NCBI GenBank assembly: GCA_044892525.1
Contig: CM097886.1
Coordinates: 163,668,312 to 163,732,311, forward strand
Direction: 5' to 3'
Origin: Schmidtea polychroa
Taxonomy: Eukaryota
Length of the DNA: 64,000 nt
Shown here: in pieces, positions 48,633 to 59,700 of the stretch
How the letters are laid out: each line of letters starts with the position of its first letter
How positions within the stretch are numbered: the first letter of the stretch is position 1
Position numbers and translations under genes: made by a program
The notes under the pieces: generated by a model
What the model saw: the letters and a program-made list of their open reading frames with translations, nothing else
The model's database searches: none
What the model was told of the DNA's origin: nothing

Positions 48633-49120
48633 GGCGTAAAGGTGTAAAAGCCCAGGCGTCTAGGAGTCGTAAAAGACTTCAAAGATTAAAAGTATAATTA
48701 AACCGGCCGGAAGCCGATGCCGACGCGGAGGTCTAATAAACCGAAGCGTTGATGGTTGATAGTGAATTATATGGCGTAATGGTGTAAATACCCAGGCGTC
48801 TAGGAGTCGTAAAAGACTTCGGAGATTAAAAGTATAATTAAACCGGCCGGAAGCCGATGCCGACGCGGAGGTCGAATAAACCGAAGCGTTGATGGTTGAT
48901 AGTGAATTATATGGCGTAATGGTGTTAAAGCCCAGGCGTCTAGGAGTCGTAAAAGACTTCATGAGATTAAAATGAGTTGATTAAACCGGCCAGAGAGCCG
49001 ATGGTAATTGAATGAAAATAAATGATTTAAATGAAATAAGAGAGGTGATTAAACCAGCCAGGGAGCCGATGGTAAATAAATGTAGACGTAGAGGTCGCGC
49101 GAACCGAAGCGTCGATGATT
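48633..49120. repeat. 140-bp tandem repeat (2 full copies plus decaying copies) in the leader upstream of gag
   Basis: GGCGTAA.GGTGT...CCCAGGCGTCTAGGAGTCGTAAAAGACTTC starts at 48633, 48773 and 48913. Confidence 0.9.
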
Positions 49121-49830
49121 AACTATGAACGAAATAAAAGAGATAAACGATTAAGATGAAATCGATTAAATTGACATAGATTAAGTGCGACAAAGAGGTA
49201 ATGATTAAAGGAAAATTATGATAGAGCGCCGGCGCAAGAGAAAATGAAACCAAATTTTTGAATGGGGAAAAGCGAATGAGGAGATATTAATTAAGTTACT
49301 GATGAGTTTTATATGTATATGACTAATGATATATATTTTTGAATTATATAATTGATGTGGTGATTATACGATAGATAATTGATACGACGATATAGATAAT
49401 TGATACGAGTTATAGATAATTAAAAATGGACTTAAATTCAAAGGGGGGTGAGTAGCAAAAAGTAAAAGCGTACCATGAATTAGAAAAGGAACAGCGAGAG
49501 AAATAATGAGTAAAGAGTAGTATAAAATAAAGAAAATAGGGAAATAAATGAAGGGTAGGATAAAATGAATAAAATATTATGATATGTACTAGGAGTGTTA
49601 ATTATTTTAGAATAAGTCAATCAATAAGTCAGAAGGAAGTCAATACAAGCCAAGAATTCAAGAGAAATAAAGAGAAATCAAAAATTCAAAAGAAAACAAA
49701 TAAGGAATCAAGAGAATCAAACGAGGATAGAAGAAAGGTAAACAAAGTCAAATTAAATACCAAGAGGAAAATTAAAGCGTTGGCCAACGAAACACAGTGA
49801 AATTCAAAAGAGATTATTAAAGCGAGAAAG

Positions 49831-51393
49831 ATGGATAAAAAAGCCAATCGAACGAGATTGCAGAGTAAAGGAGGCTCTAGTTTATTAGGAAACGCAGAGA
49901 GACAAAGAGCCAAGAGAAACAGAAGAATCAATAAGAAACCAGCGCCAGTGAAAACATTATTTGAATCAGACAGCTTAACCAACGAAGGTGAAAACAGCGA
50001 CGATATTAAAAGAAACGAATTATATCCGGTAACTGATATCAAACCAACAGACAAGGAAGATAGTAGTTCAGGCATGACAAGTTCGTGTCGAGATATAATG
50101 TTAGACGGAAACCAAGTGAACAACCCGAATGGGTCAGAGTTGACATACACACCAGAGATAAACCATGTTAATGTCAATGTTGGAGAACTTAGAGAAAGAT
50201 TTCGAGGAGAACCATTCGATGGGAATATTAATGAACTAGAAACGTTTATAAAAGAATTCGAGGTATATATTACAATATGTCACTGGCCAGACATAGTCGT
50301 ACGAGAGCGAATACCATTATATTTAAGAGGAAGTGCACAAGATGTATATTTAGAGGCAAAGTGTGATGCAACAAAACTAAAAACATGGAAATCAATAAAG
50401 AATTTTTTAATAAAAACATTCGGTAGCAAAAGGGAAGTAAATCGCAAAATGTTGGATTTTCTGCATCGAAAGCAGAAATACAATAAGTCAAACGCTCTAT
50501 ATGCATGTGAATTAAGACGACTGGCAAAAGAAGCATTCGATTCAAATCAAACAGTTCCGGAAGACAAGATAATAGCCGTATTCGTAGAGGGTATGAAAAG
50601 AAAGGACATACGAGCAACAGTGGGGTGCCGAGCACCAGACACGCTCGAGGAAGCATTAAAAATCGCTAATAAATGTGAAAACTACTTGACTCCAGTACAA
50701 GTAGCAGCAATGGCAGCAGTACCAATAGCTACAACACCAACAACGACAACCGAAATTAATCAAACCAACAATGGAAATCTAGGAATGAATCAATTTATCT
50801 CAGAATCGCAACAGTTGTTCAAGGCGCCAAAAATGACAAATCCAGATAACAGAGGTAATATTCAATTTTATACTAATAATTTCAGGAACAACGAGAACAA
50901 TAATCGGAAGTGTAACATATGTCAACGACTAGGACATTGGAGCAACGAGTGTTATAAGACAAGGATGTGCCAAAATTGCGGTAAAAGGGGTCACACAGAA
51001 AATATATGCCGAGGACCAATGATGTCGATGAGAGGAGGAAGGACTAGAACCTGCTACAGTTGCAACCAACTTGGACATGTGGCGAGAGAATGCGCGATGA
51101 AGACAAAACATAATCAACCAAGAGCAAACGATCCAAGTCAAAATATACAAATCAACATCATGCAGAAAATTGAACAGTCGAAAAAGATGATCCAACGGAT
51201 ACCAGAGGATATCCGGAAACGACCAACAAGAGAACAACAAGACCAGCAACGAATCGAAGGGCAGAGACCACTAAACGAAAAAGCCAGAGAAATTCAAAAA
51301 AAGATGGAAAAAGCGAGAAACCAACACCGGAAGAATAAATATGATGAGATCAATGAACAAAGGGGAACCGCACACTGCGGAGCAGTGTGTTAA
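49831..51393 (+). CDS. gag: Ty3/gypsy-type Gag, 520 aa, with three CCHC zinc knuckles
   Basis: Capsid-like FIKEFE...IPLYLRGSAQDVY...TWKSIKNFL...FVEGM...TLEEALKIA; knuckles CNICQRLGHWSNEC, CQNCGKRGHTENIC and CYSCNQLGHVAREC. Confidence 0.92.
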   Translation: MDKKANRTRLQSKGGSSLLGNAERQRAKRNRRINKKPAPVKTLFESDSLTNEGENSDDIKRNELYPVTDIKPTDKEDSSSGMTSSCRDIMLDGNQVNNPNGSELTYTPEINHVNVNVGELRERFRGEPFDGNINELETFIKEFEVYITICHWPDIVVRERIPLYLRGSAQDVYLEAKCDATKLKTWKSIKNFLIKTFGSKREVNRKMLDFLHRKQKYNKSNALYACELRRLAKEAFDSNQTVPEDKIIAVFVEGMKRKDIRATVGCRAPDTLEEALKIANKCENYLTPVQVAAMAAVPIATTPTTTTEINQTNNGNLGMNQFISESQQLFKAPKMTNPDNRGNIQFYTNNFRNNENNNRKCNICQRLGHWSNECYKTRMCQNCGKRGHTENICRGPMMSMRGGRTRTCYSCNQLGHVARECAMKTKHNQPRANDPSQNIQINIMQKIEQSKKMIQRIPEDIRKRPTREQQDQQRIEGQRPLNEKAREIQKKMEKARNQHRKNKYDEINEQRGTAHCGAVC

Positions 51394-54300
51394 CAAGGAA
51401 GGGAGCGATATAACCGTAATCAACGAGACGAAAGCGATAAAAGAAAATGGGTCACATCAATTGACGGAGCAATTGACAGAACTGAGTAGCGAGGATAAAA
51501 TAAAAATAATACAAGAGTTCACCAAAGAGGAAAAAGAAAAAAAGAGACGAAGAAGTGATGAAACAGGGCACGAACCAAAAAGCAACGAGATTGTTACAAA
51601 GAATCGAATTCAGAGGGTATTACTACAAAAAATTGAAGATAGAATTAGAAGAGAAGAACCAAATTTAACGGATGAGCAAGTAAAAGAAAAAGTAAAAGAC
51701 AACTGGTTCAGGAAAAATGAGTGGTTCGAAAAGAAAGAACCAAGTAACAGAGCCAATATAAACATGCTGAGACAAATACAGAAGGATCAGACGGACCAGG
51801 AAGACGAGAAAAGTACGATGAGTAGTCTGAGAAGTGCATTATCTCAATCAAGTGATGAAAATAATGAACAAGGAACACCTCAAAATAACGAAGAGGGTGA
51901 GAGCGACGATATGAAATCACTGATAGAAAATGACGATGAGGAAATATTTGAGGAAATTTCCGACACGGTATCGGAAAGAGAACGAAATGAGAGCTATATC
52001 AACGAACCAACATACAGAAAATGTATAAAACTGATAACTCAAGCATACCAGTGGGAAGGAGATATATTAACGGCAACATGGAAAGATTTGGTGACGAAAT
52101 ATAAAGGAAAATTGAAAGAAGTTGATCCAGATCAATACCAAGTAAGTATTCAACACCCTGAAACTCAGATACAGATTATTGAATTAAAAGTAACAAATAC
52201 CGATAAACTGTATAATTGGGTACAACAAAAGATGGGAACAAGTCATAAAAATAAACAGCTATACGACAATGGTTATAAAGTTAAAACGAGCATACATTTA
52301 GTAGATGTGATGATATGGCCAAACGAAGTTAATATCTTAATCTTAAAGAAAAACAGAGACAACGAATCAGTAACGGAAATACTGAGAAAAATCCAACAGA
52401 TATTCAACAATGAAGTGGAACCAGAAATAGAAAAGATTGAACGAAAGATTATGAAGGAAAATCAAATAATCTTAGTAAAACAAGCAATCGATCAAACGAA
52501 GAAATATATTAACAGATTTAGGGAAAGATGGCCGCAGCTAATGAAACAGTTTGTCAAAGACGTACGGGGTACTGAGATTATGGGATTTGAATATAAACGA
52601 ACAACGGAGTTGATATCAAAATATGGTGAATACGAGAGAATCAGATGTGAACAAGAATTACCATGGCCATCCAATAGAAAAGTGACAATAGTAAAAGAAT
52701 CACTGAAGAATAGTCATTTAGATAAACACGAAGAAATGATCAAAACATCACATGTCGAAGACGACATTTTTGGAAAAGGCCGTAGTGGAAAAAATGACAA
52801 AGACCATAACGACAAAAATGAGGAAGACGACGGGAACCATGAAAGGAACAACATAAATGGGAATTCAGGCGAACGATATAATAAAGAAGACAAGGAGTCA
52901 GAAGATGACGACGAAGACTTGAAGGATACTGAGGACAACTCAGACCAAAGTGAAGACAACCAACATAATGAAACAGAGAACGACAAACGAAAATCCCCAC
53001 TGCATAACATAGTAATGCGGAAGAATCCAAATCAGTCACTCCTACTACAAATTATCCTAATAATACTAACGTCAATTTGCCTAACAGAAACGAAAAATAC
53101 GCGAATTACGAGAAGAAATCTGAAAGAAGGCGAACTATTCATGATAAAAGTCAGCGGTAACGACGGAAACGCGGTCGGGATATGCATCCAATTGATGGAA
53201 GGAACCGGAGTAAGTTGTGATTTTAGAACGATAACAAAAGGGAGGATTTTCAATAGTCAAAATGGAGAAACTGAATTATGCGGAGACTACAACATTTGCG
53301 AAGACATAACATCAGAAGAAAAAGAATTGGAAAGAGCTAACGAAACCGGAGTACACCTCGCAATTAAAGCTACAATGGAAGGTATCGAAATAATAGATAA
53401 AGGAAATTTGCCAACAACGCAAATATGTTTTAGAGATGACGAAGACATATGTATAACGGTGGACATGAAACGAGATCGCGAATTTTTTTGGACAAACGTA
53501 AAACCAAACACCAACATGGTGGTATGCGCAGGTACCCAGGCAATAGTGGTATGTAAAGCAGTTAAAACCGCGCAAATAAAAAGCAGGCCAAAAAGTATGG
53601 CTAGTAAACGATATCAACCAAGGATCAAACCGGCAATTAAGAAACCCCAGAAACAATCCCGTACGGGAATGATAAGAGGACAGCACCAAACCAAGAAAAA
53701 CACAACAGTAAAATGGATCAAAGATGAGAGACGAGAAGTACTAGTAAATGTCGAATTCAACAAGAAAAGAGAAGAAGTAATCACGGTCAGAAACCAAGGT
53801 GAAGAACCAATAGTAAGAGTATGTGTACTAAACAGGACAGGAATAGTCGACTGCATAGAAGCACTACTTGACAAAGGTGCAGAAGTTAAAATGACAATAG
53901 GAGAAAGAAAGGGACGATACCACATATGCGTTCTTAAAAACGGAAGCGATTTAAGTTCATGCCAAGCAATAACCAGACAACGACCACGGTTGATAAACAT
54001 ACCATTGGCAACCAGAAAACCAAAAGAAGTGGAAAAGCCAAAAGGAAACGAACATCTAACGGCAGAAGAAACGAAACAGTTATACCAGATGCTCAAGAAA
54101 AATAAAACACAGGAGGCAACTACAACAGAAACTAAAATGATGATGACGACAGGAAAATTCAACAACAAGACACTGATAACCGTTAAAATGATGTGGATCG
54201 CTAGCGCAATAATGAGTGCAGTGATAACATCAATAATAATCCAATGGATAAGAACCTCCAAAATATGTAAACAAAAACCTAAAGGCAGAAAAAAATGGCC

Positions 54301-54523
54301 ACAAGTGGAGAATTCCGAATATGGTATTCCAACAGAAAACCAGAATCCAGAAGAGTACGAAGCGATTGAAGATCCAAGGTCAAGCAGACTATGGACGCAA
54401 AAATTACTCAGAATACAAACCCTAGACGATTGGGTAAACGAATTTGACATATACCGGCTAACGGATGAAAGATATGGGGGAATGCGCACATTGCATTCAG
54501 GTCCCCTGGCAACAATGGTATAA
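51341..54523 (+). CDS. ORF2, 1,060 aa: charged N-half, internal signal-like segment, three 4-Cys repeats, C-terminal TM helix and tail (env-like position, unknown family)
   Basis: Uninterrupted 3.2-kb ORF. Hydrophobic LLLQIILIILTSICL follows the Met at 53015, then RITRR; TM-like MMWIASAIMSAVITSIIIQWI at about 54190-54250. Confidence 0.85.
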   Translation: MMRSMNKGEPHTAEQCVNKEGSDITVINETKAIKENGSHQLTEQLTELSSEDKIKIIQEFTKEEKEKKRRRSDETGHEPKSNEIVTKNRIQRVLLQKIEDRIRREEPNLTDEQVKEKVKDNWFRKNEWFEKKEPSNRANINMLRQIQKDQTDQEDEKSTMSSLRSALSQSSDENNEQGTPQNNEEGESDDMKSLIENDDEEIFEEISDTVSERERNESYINEPTYRKCIKLITQAYQWEGDILTATWKDLVTKYKGKLKEVDPDQYQVSIQHPETQIQIIELKVTNTDKLYNWVQQKMGTSHKNKQLYDNGYKVKTSIHLVDVMIWPNEVNILILKKNRDNESVTEILRKIQQIFNNEVEPEIEKIERKIMKENQIILVKQAIDQTKKYINRFRERWPQLMKQFVKDVRGTEIMGFEYKRTTELISKYGEYERIRCEQELPWPSNRKVTIVKESLKNSHLDKHEEMIKTSHVEDDIFGKGRSGKNDKDHNDKNEEDDGNHERNNINGNSGERYNKEDKESEDDDEDLKDTEDNSDQSEDNQHNETENDKRKSPLHNIVMRKNPNQSLLLQIILIILTSICLTETKNTRITRRNLKEGELFMIKVSGNDGNAVGICIQLMEGTGVSCDFRTITKGRIFNSQNGETELCGDYNICEDITSEEKELERANETGVHLAIKATMEGIEIIDKGNLPTTQICFRDDEDICITVDMKRDREFFWTNVKPNTNMVVCAGTQAIVVCKAVKTAQIKSRPKSMASKRYQPRIKPAIKKPQKQSRTGMIRGQHQTKKNTTVKWIKDERREVLVNVEFNKKREEVITVRNQGEEPIVRVCVLNRTGIVDCIEALLDKGAEVKMTIGERKGRYHICVLKNGSDLSSCQAITRQRPRLINIPLATRKPKEVEKPKGNEHLTAEETKQLYQMLKKNKTQEATTTETKMMMTTGKFNNKTLITVKMMWIASAIMSAVITSIIIQWIRTSKICKQKPKGRKKWPQVENSEYGIPTENQNPEEYEAIEDPRSSRLWTQKLLRIQTLDDWVNEFDIYRLTDERYGGMRTLHSGPLATMV

Positions 54524-54599
54524 GAAAGTGATGAGTCGATGTAAATAGTGTGTATATAAACGTGAGGGTAAAAGTAGTTTAGTAGATTAGTAATATGTT

Positions 54600-54600
<1 letters not shown>

Positions 54601-54633
<33 letters not shown>

Positions 54634-54647
54634 CAAAAAAAAAAAAA
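54601..54647 (+). repeat. Poly(A) tracts (A30, GTAC, A13) downstream of ORF2
   Basis: Seen directly, 77 nt after the ORF2 stop. Confidence 0.95.
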
Positions 54648-54669
54648 TGGGTATGATAACTACGTATTG

Positions 54670-55758
54670 TAAATAAGAAATGAATCAGAGAAACGAGGAT
54701 CAAGTATATCAAACGAGGATACCACATGTTGTTGAATTGGGAAATCAACCACTAGTAAACATTAATCAGACATAAATAGTAGAAATTGATACAAGTACAA
54801 CGATAAACCAACCAAGTTAGTCAGCAGGATCAATGTGAATAACACAATGTGAATTAATATCAAATGACAAACCATACCCATGAATATCGGTTACGTAATT
54901 AGAATGCGTTAATGGAGAGCATCAATAGAAACTCGATATATGTAACAAGAATAAAAGAGCAACAACAAATAATCGCACAATAAGAATACAATAACAAACA
55001 GTTGATAAGCCAAATAAAATGGTAGACAGGAGAAATCAGGAGATTACGCGAAGACCGTCAGCATGATGATATCACGAGTTAAGTTGAGTGGATAACCGAC
55101 CTACCAGGAACTGGGGAACCGGACTCAACAGGAGAGACATAAAAGAAGGGAAAGTAGCCCTGTAAACAAACAAAATTATAGCCAAAGTAGAAGCTCCGAG
55201 ATTAAACGCTATCATGGCAGAATGCCGAGAGAAAGTGGAGAGAAGTGGAGGAACAAAACTATTAACTATGAGCTGAAAAGAAAATATTAGGTCAAGTCAG
55301 ATGAATTCGAGGAGAGACTATTGTGTGCGGACAAAGATTATTAATAAGAGCACGTCAAACCCTATATGGATGTAGATTATGCCATGGAGGTACTACACGA
55401 CTTGTAACAAGAAAAGCAGAAGTTAAAGAGAGAACCACAGCAAGAATCAGCCACACCCCAGATGACAATAATAATAAAAATCTTAGAAGAAATAAAGCAG
55501 AAAATAATGATGACTGTCAACGAATGTCCGAGCAACTATGAAACAAAGACGCTCGAAGAAATAAAGGAAAGGGTAAATAACGCAGTCAAAGAAAAGCTAA
55601 TTACTCAAGATGAAAAAATAAAAACATTGAGAGAGATATAGATGGAAATAATAACAACTATGAACAAAATCCCGATGAACCATGAGACAATGACCAAAAC
55701 GTTAGAAGGAATAAAAATGAGAATATCAACTACCTTCAACGCAGACTTCGTATACTAA
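54670..55758 (+). pseudogene. Decayed third ORF region (coiled-coil-like)
   Basis: Codon-like stretch, e.g. VKPYMDVDYAMEVLHDL*QEKQKLKRE...LEEIKERVNNAVKEKL...FNADFVY*, with several stops and shifts. Confidence 0.4.
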
Positions 55759-55811
55759 AATGTCCTAATAAAGATGCTCATGGAAATCTAGAAAGGAGTA
55801 ATGACAACTGT

Positions 55812-55812
<1 letters not shown>

Positions 55813-55846
<34 letters not shown>
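55813..55846 (+). repeat. Poly(A)34 tract
   Basis: Seen directly; AATAAA at 55767-55772 upstream. Confidence 0.95.
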
Positions 55847-55849
<3 letters not shown>

Positions 55850-56269
55850 ACACACTAAATCAAATAACCTCGAAGAAGAACTCAACTCGACTGATACAAT
55901 CCAACTAATTAAAACAGTGAGCATGTGACGAGAGCTAAAGAAAGAAGTGACAATCAAAACAAGGGCAGCAGAAGAAGAAAAAAAATTTGAATGTAAAGAA
56001 AACCCCGAATCCATAACAGTACCGATCCTGTTAACAGCGAATCTCATGATAAATAACAATACTGAGCTTGATAGCCCTTAATCCCACTCAAATCCATGAA
56101 AGTACAAAAACTCAAGTTGAAAGAACAATTCCGAAGCATTCGCATTCTAATAGAAGAACCAATACCCAGAGACTAAATCTATCAAATCTATCTTCTACAA
56201 CCTTCAAATCTAGAGCCGTCATCGAGATGGGATCCCGAACAACCAAGTATTTAAATCCTGATATAAACC

Positions 56270-56480
56270 GACAATGATCCTGATATAATATGACAACAAT
56301 CTTGAGTTGATTGACAATGTTCTTATCATGTGTTGACAATGATCCTGATTCAATTGACAATGATCTGAAAATGATTTATGTGTTGAAAATGATCCCGATT
56401 CGATTGACAATGATCTGAAAATGATCTAGATGTGATTTAACAATGATCCTGACATGATTCGACAATGATATGATTTGACT
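56270..56480. repeat. Minisatellite of GACAATGATC-core units in the 3' UTR
   Basis: Repeated (T)TGACAATGATC(C/T) motif. Confidence 0.75.
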
Positions 56481-56781
56481 ATTATTGTGATTTGATGCCA
56501 ATATTATATATTACTTTGATATTATTTGAGCATAACAATTTAATTAAATTTTGTGTGGACCGACCGTGGTCTTCTTTCTCTTCATCTTTAAACCAATCTG
56601 TAGCATGTAGCGTATCAGTAGAAACTTTTTATGTATGTGGGTATTGAGGTCACGACCCTGTAGCTCGTGGACCCAATTACATGTAGGCACTTGTAATACA
56701 GTGCAACCAATTCTGTCTAATTATATCTTGAACTTTTGATTAAATTGCGGGTCGCAATTTTATGGGCCCCCGAGTGTTTTA

Positions 56782-59700
56782 TGTTGGGCTAGAACTGATT
56801 TCTAAACCCAAAGTTAGGAATGGGACGAAATGTGTCAGTACACAACACGCATACCCAGCATTAAGTTTACTTAAATAAAAATATATAAAACACCAAGTAA
56901 ACAATGATAATAGAGAGATAATATACCCAAAAATAAAACATCTGAATTAAAAATAAAATAAAACACGAGCAAGAAGTATTACACGAAAACTTACTCAAAT
57001 ATAACCGAAAGACATAAAACAACAAAAAACAAATTCGAATAAAGGCAATTAGTAAAAATTAAAAAAAGAAAATTAAAGAAAATCTTCATAAAATCTTACG
57101 TAAAGAAAATTATATCGATATTTTGAATAAAAATCCAGAACAATTCATAAAAATGGCGAAATCCATCATGACGGCCAAACGACCCAATAAAATTTATAAA
57201 AAATAAATATTTTAGTTTAAAAAATAAATATTTTAGAAAAGAAATCATAAAAAACAATTTAAAAATAAGAAATAGATTAAATTTAGCATGGAATGTTCTG
57301 GAAATGCTGAAATCCATCATGGAGGCAAATTTAATAAAAAATAATTCGAAAATAAAATTTCAAAAATAAAAACAAAAATTCTTACTGAAAAATCGCCATT
57401 AAAATCGATAAAAATTAAAAATCGAATGTTCGAGAATTAAAATAATTCGAATTTGTTTTACTGCATCAATGCACGCATGTATACTTACACGTCAAACAGA
57501 GGCTATATAAACTAACACATTTCGTCACTTTGAAAGGAAGGAAAAAATGCAAATGAATATTTTTACTCTTATGCCAAATTTTTGGTTTTGATTTTTCTGA
57601 GATTGTAGGTAAGGACGATTTCATTGTGAATTATAAATTATTATTATTGAAACCTTGTTTTCATTATTTCTTTTTAACTATAGAAATGTAGGTTTGAGTG
57701 AGATCGTCGGTTATCATTGATTTTGAAGCGAGATCCCAGCCAACCCTGCACCTATGCACTTTATCATCGATGAGTAAACAGCCTACAATGATTGCAGGCC
57801 ACTGCCTGGCACGCACTTATCAATATTATTGGGTTTTTTTTTTGTTTGTTCAGGTCATTCGGAGGTCGCACCACTTCATGGTTCTGCCATGGAGTTAAGT
57901 CGATGAAATCCTCCGTCTGACTCTACCTATTTATTATAGGTCAGCCGTAAAGGGTTGACTTACCACACAACAGTAAGGTTTGTCGTAGTGGTCACAGTGG
58001 GGCCGCGAAAGCAAACACTCTTCCCGACTTTCAATACATGAATAACTTACATAGTTAAAATCTACATCCAAAATCATCACAATACAATACACTAAGGTTA
58101 ATAAACAGAGTAGATCTCAGACCTAAATTAATCACAACTCTACAATTCACAATTAATGTAGACGGTTAAATATCATCAAGAACCCACTCTACCTATACGT
58201 TTGTCGAATCTAGATTCATGAATGTCTTAAATAAATTTTTTTAGTAATAGTGTAAAGCAAAGATTTTTAAAGATGATTAATTTAGTAGTGATAGTATTCA
58301 TAAAGGTGTTCGACATGCGCATCAGCAAGACTTGGATTTTAAATTGAATAGACTCTAAACTAACTATAAAAATACCAATCGTAAACCCATAAAAGTATAA
58401 ACTATCCTCTCAATTTCATAAAAATATGAATTATACTTATAGATTCAATTTCTTCAAAATATAAATTATGATTAGTTATAAAAGTATAAATTATAAATTT
58501 AATTTCCTAAGAATATAAATTACAAATCTATATTGACGGTAAAATTATAAATTATAACTCTAAGTTAATTACAAAAGTATAAATTATAAAATTATATTAG
58601 CCTTAGAACATAAACTATAAATTTAACTTAACCTCATAAAAATATAAATTATAAACTTAAAAGTATAAATTATAAAGTTATATTAGCTTTAAAAATATAA
58701 ATTATAACCTTAACTTCATAAAAATATAAATTATAAAATTATATTGGCTTTAAAATATAAACCATAAATTTAACTTCATAAAAATATAAATTATAAACTT
58801 AAAAATATAAATTATAAAATTATATTAGCTTTAGAAATATAAACTATGAATTGAACTTCACCAAATATAAATTATAAACTTAAAAATATAAATTATAAAA
58901 TTATATTAGCTTTAAAATATAAACCATAAAATTAGCTTCATAAAAATATAAATTATAAACTTAAAAATATAAATTATAAAATTATATTAGCTTTAGAAAT
59001 ATAAACTATAAATTGAACTTCACCAAATATAAATTATAAACTTAAAAGTATAAATTATAAAATTATATTAGCTTTAAAATATAAACTATAAATTTAACTT
59101 AACTTAGATTGCCTTTAACATCATAGTTGAAAATTTTTCATCAAAGACCCCCCATAAACCATATAGTCATCAACTACCACCTAAATATACTAAATTAGCT
59201 TATCTTAATATACATTTAACTTATATTATATTTAAAACTATAAATTGTAAATTTTTATGAATGACCCCCCTCAAAATCATACAGTCATTACCCATTACCT
59301 AAGCATACTAAATTGACTTATTTTTAATATATATTTAACTTACATTATAATAAAAAATATAAGTTGTAAAATTTCATGAATGACCCCCCTCAAAATCATA
59401 CAGTCATTACCCATTATCTAAGCATACTAAATTGACTTATTTTTAATATATATTTAACTTACATTATAATAAAAAATATAAGTTGTAAAATTTCATGAAT
59501 GACCCCCTCAAAATTATACAGTCATTACCCATTACCTAAGTATTTTAAATTAACTTATCTTAATATATATTTAACTTATATTATATTTTAAAATATAAAT
59601 TGAAAATTTTCATAAATGACCCCCCTTCAAATCATGTAGCCATTAACTATTCCTTAGGTACACTAAATTATATCATCTTCGTATAGAGTTAAATTATATT

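Noticed and set aside
48633-49120. CRISPR-like array (also considered for the 119-bp LTR units)
   Set aside because: Whole units repeat with no unique spacers, there are no cas genes, and the context is eukaryotic.
53850-53900. IEALLDKGAEVKM in ORF2 resembles a retropepsin LLDTGA motif
   Set aside because: The catalytic Thr/Ser is Lys, and the segment lies inside the third Cys repeat after the signal-like peptide, at the position of TKGRIF in repeat 1. Probably coincidence, though a profile search would settle it.
49686-54636. Numerous minus-strand ORFs up to 340 aa opposite gag and ORF2
   Set aside because: Antisense shadows of A-rich coding strands with no recognisable motifs; the same applies to those opposite the CFAP100-like and pol genes.
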